From: Eubacteriales bacterium
GTDB taxonomy: Bacteria; Bacillota; Clostridia; Oscillospirales; CAG-272
Direction of reading: 5' to 3'
Assembly: GCA_045536865.1 (NCBI GenBank)
Contig: JAZSOK010000089.1
Span: forward strand, 1 to 52,700
DNA length: 52,700 nt
How positions within the stretch are numbered: position 1 is the first letter of the stretch; each line of letters starts with the position of its first letter. The notes under the pieces were generated by a model that worked only from the letters and a program-made list of their open reading frames with translations, did no database searches and was not told the DNA's origin. Shown here one piece after another: positions 33,001 through 40,415 of this stretch. The position numbers and the translations under genes are program-made.

Positions 33001-33118
33001 ATACTGCGTATGCTATGATGCATATCCGTTCCCTCATGCGCGGAGCGTATATCATCGCACGATAGTGCGATATCATACCGAAGGTATATCATCCGTGACT
33101 GTAAGGAACGGATATCAT
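32999..33118. repeat. word + mini-hairpin array F (ATATCAT words)
   Basis: Elements are GCATACtgcGTATGC (32999-33013), TATATCAT-CGCACgataGTGCG, ATATCAT-ACCgaaGGT, ATATCAT-CCGTgactgtaaggaACGG and ATATCAT. A long-range inverted repeat ATATCCGTTCC/GGAACGGATAT lies at 33022-33032 and 33105-33115. Confidence 0.75.
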
Positions 33119-33120
33119 TG

Positions 33121-33152
33121 AAAAAGACCTTGTCAAACGACAAGGTCTTTTT
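33121..33152 (-). terminator. intrinsic terminator of the tRNA(CAT) gene
   Basis: AAAAAGACCTTGTC-aaac-GACAAGGTCTTTTT. Confidence 0.85.
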
Positions 33153-33153
33153 C

Positions 33154-33230
33154 TGGTGGGCCATTAGGGACTTGAACCCCAGACCAACCGGTTATGAGCC
33201 GGTAGCTCTAACCAACTGAGCTAATGGCCC
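33154..33230 (-). tRNA. tRNA with CAT anticodon (elongator Met or, more likely, lysidine-modified Ile2)
   Basis: The reverse complement is GGGCCATTAGCTCAGTTGGTTAGAGCTACCGGCTCATAACCGGTTGGTCTGGGGTTCAAGTCCCTAATGGCCCACCA. The G1-C72 pair excludes an initiator. The CTCATAA loop and overall look resemble Ile2. Confidence 0.88.
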
Positions 33231-33246
33231 CAAAATGGGTGTTACT

Positions 33247-33255
33247 ATTTTATCA
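33247..33255 (-). promoter_or_regulatory. TG-extended -10 (TGaTAAAAT) upstream of tRNA(CAT)
   Basis: Minus strand aTGaTAAAATagtaacaccc lies ~17 nt upstream of the tRNA 5' end. Confidence 0.4.
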
Positions 33256-33337
33256 TAGATATATGAACAAATATACATATTTTTGTATCTAAAAAAAGAA
33301 TATCGTTTGCGTGCGGGCAATAGAACGTGTCTTTTTT

Positions 33338-33379
33338 GAAAAAAGCAGAAGGGAGGGGCGCAAAAGCGCTCCCTCCCTT
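33338..33379 (-). terminator. intrinsic terminator of rnpB
   Basis: Minus strand AAGGGAGGGAGCGC-ttttg-CGCCCCTCCCTT, followed by CTGCTTTTTTC. Confidence 0.8.
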
Positions 33380-33380
33380 G

Positions 33381-33771
33381 GCGACCAAGCATATAAGCCG
33401 TGTTCTGTTCCCGCATGGCGGGCTGCAATCATCTATCTTTGCGCCGTGTTACCGCGGCGCTCGGAGCCGATTGGCTCGCTGCCACAAGCAGAGGCACAAG
33501 GGGCGGGCCGCCCCGACGCTATGCGTCGTCCTCCGGTGTTGCTTCGGATAGGGTTTACATTTGCAGACAGTCGCCTGTACTGCCGGTGAGCTCTTACCTC
33601 GCCTTTCCATCCTTGCCGTCAAAGTTTCCTTTGATGGCGGTTTATTTCTGTTGCACTTTCCCTGAGGTCACCCTCGGCGGACGTTATCCGTTATCCTGCC
33701 CTGTGAAGCACGGACTTTCCTCACGATAAGACCTTTCGGCATGATATCGCGCGATTGCACCGCTTACTCGC
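33381..33771 (-). ncRNA. rnpB: RNase P RNA
   Basis: The minus strand contains the universal P4 strands GAGGAAAGTCCG (revcomp of 33714-33725) and ACAGAACACGGCTTAT. It also has AGGGTGACC..GGGAAAGTGCAACAGAAA and GGTAAGAGCTCACC modules. The ends are approximate. ORF-track ORFs at 33311-33729 are spurious. Confidence 0.88.
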
Positions 33772-33863
33772 TTTTTTATTATACCACAAAAGCGTGTTTT
33801 GTCAAGTTTTTTTCATCCTTCGCTTCGGTTAAGAAAAATATTTGAAAAATTTTTAAAAACCCC

Positions 33864-33892
33864 TTGATATTCTTTGATAAATGTGCTATAAT
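33864..33892 (+). promoter_or_regulatory. promoter of rpsT
   Basis: TTGATA, 17-nt spacer, TATAAT, with an A/T-rich UP-like region. Confidence 0.75.
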
Positions 33893-33974
33893 GCGAAGAC
33901 GTATGGAAAAAATGATGTTAGAGGACCCTCTCAGCCGCTATCATCTGAACTATTCTAAATAGGAGGAAACAAAA

Positions 33975-34238
33975 ATGCCGAATATCAAGTCTGCAAAGAA
34001 GCGCGTTAAAGTGAACGCCCTCAAGGCTTTGCATAATCAAATGTTCAAGAGCCGTATGCGTACACTTGTGAAAAAGTATGATGCAGCGTTGGCTTCCGGT
34101 GATAAGGCTGCTGCTCAAGAAGCATACAAGAGCGCCGTCAAGATTATCGACCAGGCTGTATGCCGCGGAATTCTCCATAAGAACAACGCCGCTCACAAAA
34201 AGAGCAGCTTTACTGTGAAATTGAACAAGATGGCGTAA
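33975..34238 (+). CDS. rpsT: 30S ribosomal protein S20
   Basis: 87 aa. MPNIKSAKKRVKV...HKNNAAHKKS is canonical bS20. Confidence 0.95.
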   Translation: MPNIKSAKKRVKVNALKALHNQMFKSRMRTLVKKYDAALASGDKAAAQEAYKSAVKIIDQAVCRGILHKNNAAHKKSSFTVKLNKMA

Positions 34239-34247
34239 GGCTATCAC

Positions 34248-34287
34248 AAAAAAGCGCACCGCATGCTCCGCGGTGCGCTTTTTTTGT
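34248..34287 (+). terminator. intrinsic terminator
   Basis: AAGCGCACCGC-atgctcc-GCGGTGCGCTT followed by TTTTTT. Confidence 0.85.
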
Positions 34288-34358
34288 CCTTTTAACCTTT
34301 TTGAAGCAAAAGGCAGGGGAAGTGTGTGAAGTAAAATTAAAAAAACAATGAAGTTTTG

Positions 34359-34387
34359 TTGACAGTGGTATAAAAACATGGTATAAT
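34359..34387 (+). promoter_or_regulatory. consensus sigma-A promoter of putP
   Basis: TTGACA, 17-nt spacer, TATAAT. Confidence 0.8.
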
Positions 34388-34401
34388 GTACGCATAAAGT
34401 T

Positions 34402-34433
34402 TTGCAAGTAAGCATTTTTACTTGTGATAATAT
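34402..34433 (+). promoter_or_regulatory. conserved leader cassette (TTGCAAG..CATTTTTACTTGTGATAAT) in the putP 5' region
   Basis: TTGCAAGTAAGCATTTTTACTTGTGATAATAT contains the inverted repeat CAAGTAA/TTACTTG. It is related to the cassettes at 10540-10590 and 27196-27226. Confidence 0.5.
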
Positions 34434-34483
34434 TTTATACCGACGACAAGTTGGAAGGTTAAAGCAAACGAGGAGTACGAACA

Positions 34484-36046
34484 ATGACGGATACGATGCA
34501 AATTATGATTTCGATGCTCTTTTACATGGCGGTGGTATTACTGATAGGTTTTGCCTTCGCTCGGAGAGCAAATAAGAATTCCAGTGAATTTTTCCTTGGC
34601 GGACGGAGCCTTGGACCGTGGGTAACCGCGATGAGTGCCGAGGCGTCGGACATGTCCGGTTGGCTCTTGATGGGCTTGCCCGGCGTTGCCTATTGGTGCG
34701 GTCTTGCCGACGCGGCTTGGACTGCCATCGGTTTGGCCGTGGGTACATACCTAAACTGGCTAATTGTGTCCAAGCGCCTGAGACGTTACAGTGAAAAAGC
34801 AGGCGGCGCAATTACCCTGCCCGAATATTTTTCCAACCGTTTCCACGAAAAAAGCAAGATAGTGATGTCCATTTCCGCTATCTTTATTTTGATTTTCTTT
34901 ACAGTTTATGCGGCAAGTTGCTTTGTGACGTGCGGTAAATTGTTTGCAACGATTTTCGATATGCCCTATGTTCCCATGATGATTTTGGGCGCGGTATTTG
35001 TTTTATTGTATACCATTTTGGGTGGCTTTTTGGCAGAGTGCGTTTCGGACTTTATGCAGGCCATCGTCATGATCGTTGCGCTCGTCGTTGTGGTTATCGT
35101 GAGTACCGTTGCCGCAGGCGGCATTGGCGCGGTCATGGAGAATGCACAGTCCATTCCCGGATTCTTTGAATTTTTCGGTATTGCAAGCCCCACGGTTGTT
35201 GACGGCACACAACAGGTTGTGAACGGCGCGCCCTTGTTTGGAGAGGCTGGCGCTTACAGTTTACTGACTGTCATTTCCACCTCGGCTTGGGGACTTGGCT
35301 ACTTCGGTATGCCGCAGGTGCTTTTGCGCTTTATGGCTATCCGCGATGAAAAGGAATTGACTCGTTCGAGAAGAATTGCCACGGTTTGGGTCGTTATTTC
35401 CTTGGCCGTTGCCGTGCTACTCGGCATCATCGGCCGTGCGGTATATCCCACGGAGTTGTTGACCGCGTCAGGCGCGGAGAATATCTTCATCGTTTTGTCC
35501 ACAAGACTTCTGCCGCCTCTGCTTGCAGGTTTGATTATGGCAGGTATTTTGGCCGCCACGATCAGTTCGTCCGATTCGTATTTGTTGATTGCCGCGTCCG
35601 CCTTTGCCAAGAATATTTATCAAGGCATCTTCAAAAAAGACGCATCCGAGAAGCGCGTCATGACGATTTCCCGCTTGACGCTCTTGCTCATTGCCGTGGT
35701 TGCCGTTCTCATTTCTTTGGATGAAAATAGCGTTATTTTCACCATCGTCAGTTTTGCATGGGCGGGCTTTGGCGCGACCTTCGGACCGACAATGCTATTT
35801 AGTTTGTTCTGGAAGCGCATGAACCGTGCGGGCGCTATTGCAGGTATGCTCAGTGGCGGTATTTCCGTTTTTGTCTGGAAACTGGTCATTCGCCCCTTCG
35901 GCGGCATTGTGGACATCTATGAATTGTTACCCGCATTTATTATTTCTTGTCTGTTTATCGTTGCGGTTTCTTTGCTTACCGCACCGCCGTCAGAGGAAAT
36001 TGCGGCCGAATTTGAAGAGGTCAGAAAGCCTGCCGTCAATTCCTAA
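34484..36046 (+). CDS. putP: sodium/proline symporter (SSS family)
   Basis: 520 aa. FFLGGRSLGPWVTAMSAEASDMSGWLLMGLPG closely matches the PutP N-terminal signature as I recall it. Confidence 0.88.
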   Translation: MTDTMQIMISMLFYMAVVLLIGFAFARRANKNSSEFFLGGRSLGPWVTAMSAEASDMSGWLLMGLPGVAYWCGLADAAWTAIGLAVGTYLNWLIVSKRLRRYSEKAGGAITLPEYFSNRFHEKSKIVMSISAIFILIFFTVYAASCFVTCGKLFATIFDMPYVPMMILGAVFVLLYTILGGFLAECVSDFMQAIVMIVALVVVVIVSTVAAGGIGAVMENAQSIPGFFEFFGIASPTVVDGTQQVVNGAPLFGEAGAYSLLTVISTSAWGLGYFGMPQVLLRFMAIRDEKELTRSRRIATVWVVISLAVAVLLGIIGRAVYPTELLTASGAENIFIVLSTRLLPPLLAGLIMAGILAATISSSDSYLLIAASAFAKNIYQGIFKKDASEKRVMTISRLTLLLIAVVAVLISLDENSVIFTIVSFAWAGFGATFGPTMLFSLFWKRMNRAGAIAGMLSGGISVFVWKLVIRPFGGIVDIYELLPAFIISCLFIVAVSLLTAPPSEEIAAEFEEVRKPAVNS

Positions 36047-36122
36047 AAACACAATCTTTTGCAAAAATAAAAAGCCTTTGAAAATTTCGTTTTCAAAGTG
36101 GTGTTGGTTAAATAGCATATAT

Positions 36123-36154
36123 AAAAAAGGAGCCTCGCAGAGGCTCCTTTTTTC
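36123..36154. terminator. bidirectional intrinsic terminator
   Basis: AAAAAAGGAGCCTC-gcag-AGGCTCCTTTTTT. Confidence 0.85.
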
Positions 36155-36168
36155 TTTTAAAACAGAAA

Positions 36169-36429
36169 TTATTTTTTCGGTTTTTCGAAAATCAGGTCGT
36201 CTACACTGACATTGAAGACGAGGGATAGTGCCTTCAATTCAATATCCGTGACAAAGCGCTTTCCGCATTCAATGCGTTGAATGGCATTTTTGTCCACGTC
36301 AATGCCCAAAAGTTGCAATTTTTCTGCCAGTATTCGTTGGGACATTTTCACGGATGCGTTTTTTCGCAAAAAGCAAACGTTTTCTCCGCAAATATTGTTT
36401 TTTCCGCCGTCTGTTTTGTTTTTAAACAT
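36169..36429 (-). CDS. XRE-family helix-turn-helix repressor
   Basis: ATG 36429 follows GGAGAG; the ORF track's 36459 start has no RBS. VKMSQRILAEKLQLLGIDVDKNAIQRIECGKR is an HTH_3 segment. Confidence 0.75.
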   Translation of the reverse strand: MFKNKTDGGKNNICGENVCFLRKNASVKMSQRILAEKLQLLGIDVDKNAIQRIECGKRFVTDIELKALSLVFNVSVDDLIFEKPKK

Positions 36430-36453
36430 TTTTTCTCTCCAATTCAACTTTTT

Positions 36454-36521
36454 TGACATTCAGTGCTTGACAAAAATATTATATTGTGTTATAATGCGAT
36501 TATGACATTCAGTGAATGTCA
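36454..36521. promoter_or_regulatory. divergent control region: two TGACATTCAGTG operators flanking/overlapping a consensus promoter
   Basis: TGACATTCAgTGAATGTCA (36503-36521) is a perfect 9-1-9 palindrome. TGACATTCAGTGCTTGACA (36454-36472) overlaps the -35. The promoter is TTGACA (36467-36472), 17-nt spacer, TATAAT (36490-36495). Confidence 0.65.
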
Positions 36522-36550
36522 AAAAACAATATTAGGAGCGAATAGAAAAA

Positions 36551-36886
36551 ATGGATCAGCAAAAAATTGATATGTTTCTTATGACAAATAAGGAATATTT
36601 TCCCGCGGAAAAAATGGTTTTTTTAAAGGAAAAACTGAAAAACGTTACCGAAGAACAGTTTAACATGATTTCGATTATGGAATTCAAAAATCCCACGACT
36701 CTCCTTCTTCTGTCTCTTTTCCTTGGCGGCTTGGGTGTTGACAGATTTATGTTGGGAGACACGGGAATGGGCGTTCTCAAGTTATTAACGGCAGGTTGTT
36801 GCGGTATTCTTACAATTATTGACTGGTTTAGTGTCAGCAAGAAGACAAAGGAACTCAATTTTAATAAAATCATGCTCATGCTTTGA
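36551..36886 (+). CDS. TM2-domain membrane protein
   Basis: 111 aa. LLLLSLFLGGLGVDRFMLGDTGMGVLKLLT...GILTIIDWF is the TM2-domain signature. Confidence 0.85.
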   Translation: MDQQKIDMFLMTNKEYFPAEKMVFLKEKLKNVTEEQFNMISIMEFKNPTTLLLLSLFLGGLGVDRFMLGDTGMGVLKLLTAGCCGILTIIDWFSVSKKTKELNFNKIMLML

Positions 36887-37254
36887 TTTTGCGTTATAAA
36901 GGAAGAACGATTAAGTTGACAAAACTGAAAAAATTCCTTTTGCTCAACGTGAGTGTCATTTTGACGGTGGTACTCTATGTTTTCGTGTTGTCTTTCTTAC
37001 ATATTGGGTGTCCGATAAAAGCGCTGATACGTGTTGATTGTCCCACCTGTGGCGTGACACGAGCGCTTTTTTCTTTACTGAAAGGTGATTTTTGCGCTTC
37101 TATAAGGTGGCACCCGATGGCGGTGCCGCTTCTCTCGGTTTTTATTTTGCAAATCAATCGAACTTTCTTTTGTAAAAAGGCATTGCTTGCCGTTGACATT
37201 GCGACGGTGACGGTTGCCCTTGCCAATTTCACCATTTATCTTTTAAGGTTTTGA
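36883..37254 (+). CDS. DUF2752-family membrane protein
   Basis: 123 aa. CPIKALIRVDCPTCGVTRA is the family CxxC motif. The start TTG overlaps the TM2 stop. Confidence 0.7.
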   Translation: MILRYKGRTIKLTKLKKFLLLNVSVILTVVLYVFVLSFLHIGCPIKALIRVDCPTCGVTRALFSLLKGDFCASIRWHPMAVPLLSVFILQINRTFFCKKALLAVDIATVTVALANFTIYLLRF

Positions 37255-37363
37255 GTAATACATAGCCTTTTTGCATTGGACATTCAACCGAGAAACGGTA
37301 ATGCTCATAAGTGACACGGCAAGGCGCGGTTGCTTAAAGCACGAACGTAGAAAAAAGAGAAGA

Positions 37364-37413
37364 GCAGGAATTGACGTACCTACTTTATGGGTGCGCCGAT
37401 TCCTGCTTTTTTT
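37364..37413 (+). terminator. possible terminator (large-loop hairpin plus T-run)
   Basis: GCAGGAAT ... ATTCCTGC followed by TTTTTTT. The loop is ~27 nt, so it is weak. Confidence 0.45.
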
Positions 37414-37512
37414 CTTTCGTTTTCAGAGCATATGAACGAAGAAGGTACGATGCCTTTTTTGAAAAATGTTCGTCAAAAGAGCGCGGAAACGGAAAAAGTT
37501 TGCAGATAGGTG

Positions 37513-37541
37513 TTGCATCTCTATCAAAAATCGTCTATAAT
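37513..37541 (+). promoter_or_regulatory. promoter of murD
   Basis: TTGCAT, 17-nt spacer, TATAAT. Confidence 0.7.
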
Positions 37542-37550
37542 GTATTATGG

Positions 37551-37580
37551 AACATTTCTGCTTATATAAGCAGAAATGTT
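37551..37580. promoter_or_regulatory. perfect 30-bp palindrome in the murD leader
   Basis: AACATTTCTGCTTAT|ATAAGCAGAAATGTT starts ~10 nt after the -10. No T-run follows. Confidence 0.6.
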
Positions 37581-37608
37581 ATTGAACAAGTGAGGAGAGG
37601 TATCTGTT

Positions 37609-39048
37609 TTGTTTGCATTTCCTATTCTTGAAGATATCGTTTCCAAGCCCATTGCAGTGATCGGCTTGGGAATTTCCAATTTTCCACTGATCGACTATTT
37701 ATTAAATCACGGTGCCAAGGACGTGACAGCAAGGGACCGTAAGGAATTTGAGCAATTGCCCGAGGCGGTACGCGCGCTTGGTGAGCGCGGCGTGCGCTTT
37801 GTGTTGGGCGAGGATTATCTAAAAAACATGGACGAGGCGACTATCTTCCGTTCGCCCGGTATTCGTCCCGACGAGCCTGCGTTACTTGCGGCGATGGCAC
37901 GCGGCGCGCGCATCACGAGCGAAATGCGCCTCTTCTTTGAACTTTGCCCCGCGCACATTTTCGGCATCACGGGCAGTGACGGAAAAACGACGACGACAAC
38001 CTTGACGAAACTCCTTTTAGAAGGGGAGGCAGAGGCGCAAAATCATGCTTTCCGTGTGTTTTGCGGCGGCAATATCGGTCAGTCGCTTTTGCCCTTTGTC
38101 GACGAGATGACGGAGAATGATTATGCGGTGGTTGAACTATCCAGTTTCCAGTTGATGGACATGACGTGTACGCCCGAGGGGGCGGTCATCACGAATATCA
38201 CGCCCAATCACTTGAACTGGCATCCGCATTACGATGAGTATATTGCCGCCAAGCATCGCATTGTTCCGTCGGGGGGCAGGATCGTACTCAATGCGGACAA
38301 CGAGGAAACGGTCAAACTTGCGCGCGCATTGATTGCTAAGGGCACACGGCCCGTTTTGTTTTCCTCCCGTCAACCCTATTCGGATTTGCATGCGCGCTTT
38401 GGCGACGGCCATTACGTTTATTTGCAAAACGGTTGGATGATTTACACGCACGACGGCATTTCCGAGCCGCTTTTGAAGACGGAGGACATTCTGATCCCCG
38501 GGCGGCACAATATAGAAAACTACATGGCGGCGACGGCACTGACGTATACGGTCGTTCGGCGCGAGGTGCTTCGCGCATTGGCACCCACCTTTTCGGGGGT
38601 ACGGCACCGCTTACAACACATCCGCACCTTAAACGGCGTGAAGTATTATAATAGTTCTATTGATTCCTCACCGACAAGAACGCGCGCATCGCTTCTTGCC
38701 TTGGACAGAAAGCCCATCGTCATTTGCGGCGGTGCCGCCAAGGGGCTCAGTTTTGATGAATTGGCGGACACCTTGGTGTCACACGCAAAGGCAGTTGTTT
38801 TAACGGGCGCGACGGCCGGACAGATTGAGGAGGAACTTTTAAGGCATCCCTTCTTTGACGAAGACGAGTTGACGGTGCGCCGAGAGGGCGATTTCAAAAA
38901 TGCCGTATTGACGGCATCGTCCTTGGCAACGGAGGGGGACATCGTGCTTTTATCGCCTGCCTGCACCAGTTTTGACGCTTTTAAGAACTTTGAGGAACGG
39001 GGCGACGTTTTCTCCGCCATCGTCAGGGAACTGCCCGAGCGCAACTGA
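37609..39048 (+). CDS. murD: UDP-N-acetylmuramoyl-L-alanine--D-glutamate ligase
   Basis: TTG 37609 lies 8 nt after GAGGAGAGG. It has the Mur-ligase P-loop GITGSDGKTTTT and the MurD-like N-terminal Rossmann motif VIGLGISN. Confidence 0.9.
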   Translation: MFAFPILEDIVSKPIAVIGLGISNFPLIDYLLNHGAKDVTARDRKEFEQLPEAVRALGERGVRFVLGEDYLKNMDEATIFRSPGIRPDEPALLAAMARGARITSEMRLFFELCPAHIFGITGSDGKTTTTTLTKLLLEGEAEAQNHAFRVFCGGNIGQSLLPFVDEMTENDYAVVELSSFQLMDMTCTPEGAVITNITPNHLNWHPHYDEYIAAKHRIVPSGGRIVLNADNEETVKLARALIAKGTRPVLFSSRQPYSDLHARFGDGHYVYLQNGWMIYTHDGISEPLLKTEDILIPGRHNIENYMAATALTYTVVRREVLRALAPTFSGVRHRLQHIRTLNGVKYYNSSIDSSPTRTRASLLALDRKPIVICGGAAKGLSFDELADTLVSHAKAVVLTGATAGQIEEELLRHPFFDEDELTVRREGDFKNAVLTASSLATEGDIVLLSPACTSFDAFKNFEERGDVFSAIVRELPERN

Positions 39049-39083
39049 CGAAAGACATACATAAAAAGGATGAACGAAAGACT

Positions 39084-40340
39084 ATGGAAGAAAAAGATAT
39101 TGCCGCCTTGGTGCGTGAGGCGGAAGAGAAACTTGCGCCTCGGTTTGCCAAACTTGACGAGGTTTCACAAAAGAGGACGGCAGATATTTTAGATGCCTTC
39201 CGCGAGGAGCACGTCAGTGCCGCCATGTTTGCGCCGACGGACGGTTACGGCTACGATGACCGCGGCCGCGACACGTTGGACAGAATTTACGCGCGCGTTT
39301 TCGGCGCGCCGTCCGCGTTTGTCCGTCATAGCATCGCCAGTGGCACACACGCCTTGACGATTGGGCTTTTCGGCTTGCTTCGTCCGGGGGACATTCTTCT
39401 TTCGGCGACGGGTAAGCCCTACGATACCCTTGACGAGGTGATTGGTCTGCAAGGGGCGGCAGGGCGCGGCTCGCTTGCTGATTTTGGCGTGGAGTACCGT
39501 CAAGTGGAACTTTTGCCCGACGGGCGTATTGATATTCCTGCCATTCTTGCTCTATGCCGTGAGTACGGCGAACGCGTGCGCGTCATTTTCTTTCAACGCT
39601 CCAAGGGATATATGAACAGAAAAACCTTGTCCGTCTCGGAGTTGGGGGAGGCGTTTCGCGCACTTCGCCCGCATACCGATGCGTATTTCACCGTGGATAA
39701 CTGTTACGGCGAATTCGTTGAGGAGAAAGAGCCGACGGCGGTCGGCGCGGATTTGATTATCGGCTCGCTGATTAAAAATCCCGGCGGCGGCATGGCAGAG
39801 TCGGGTGGCTATTTGGCAGGAACACCGCGTGCCGTTGAGTTATGCGGTTACCGTCTGACGGCGGTCGGTGTCGGTCTTGAAATAGGCGCTACGCTCGGCA
39901 ATACAAAATCCATGTATAAGGGGTTTTTCTATGCACCGCATACGGTGAAGGAAGCCTTGAAAACGGCGCATCTTGCTGCTTACCTCTTTGAGGCCATCGG
40001 GATGAAAACAGAGCCGTCGTGGGACACGCCGCGCGCCGATATTATTCAGGCGGTGCAATGCCAAACGGCAGAGGGCTTGATTGCCTTTTGCCGCGGCATT
40101 CAGGCAGGCTCACCCGTTGATGCCTTTCTTACCTGTGAGCCGTGGGACATGCCCGGCTATCAAAATCCCGTCATTATGGCGGCAGGAACGTTCACGCAGG
40201 GCTCATCACTTGAACTTTCGGCGGATGGCCCCATCCGTCCTCCCTATACCGCGTATTTGCAAGGAGGGCTCACCTACGAGAGTGGCAAAATCGGCGTTCT
40301 CAGTGCGCTTCGCGCCGTTCTTGCGGGGAGAAACGGGTAA
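39084..40340 (+). CDS. methionine-gamma-lyase-like PLP protein of the 'aluminium resistance' (YnbB) family
   Basis: 418 aa. LDAFREEHVSAAMFAPTDGYGYDDRGRDTLDRIYARVFGA and IGSLIKNPGGG are typical of this family. Confidence 0.8.
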   Translation: MEEKDIAALVREAEEKLAPRFAKLDEVSQKRTADILDAFREEHVSAAMFAPTDGYGYDDRGRDTLDRIYARVFGAPSAFVRHSIASGTHALTIGLFGLLRPGDILLSATGKPYDTLDEVIGLQGAAGRGSLADFGVEYRQVELLPDGRIDIPAILALCREYGERVRVIFFQRSKGYMNRKTLSVSELGEAFRALRPHTDAYFTVDNCYGEFVEEKEPTAVGADLIIGSLIKNPGGGMAESGGYLAGTPRAVELCGYRLTAVGVGLEIGATLGNTKSMYKGFFYAPHTVKEALKTAHLAAYLFEAIGMKTEPSWDTPRADIIQAVQCQTAEGLIAFCRGIQAGSPVDAFLTCEPWDMPGYQNPVIMAAGTFTQGSSLELSADGPIRPPYTAYLQGGLTYESGKIGVLSALRAVLAGRNG

Positions 40341-40415
40341 AGCATTCAAATAATGGACGTTGCCCATTTTCCCACAAAGAAAAACAAGGAGGGGGCGGTT
40401 ACCGCCCGTGAAACG

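Noticed and set aside
33154-33230. tRNA(CAT) as the attachment site of a tyrosine-integrase genomic island.
   Set aside because: No tyrosine integrase is present. The 60-bp direct repeat is not a copy of the tRNA 3' end and lies ~150 bp away from it.
33311-33729. Three ORF-track ORFs (92, 74 and 109 aa) with Arg/Pro/Ser-rich products.
   Set aside because: They lie entirely within, and antisense to, the RNase P RNA gene. Their composition is typical of spurious frames in structured-RNA DNA.
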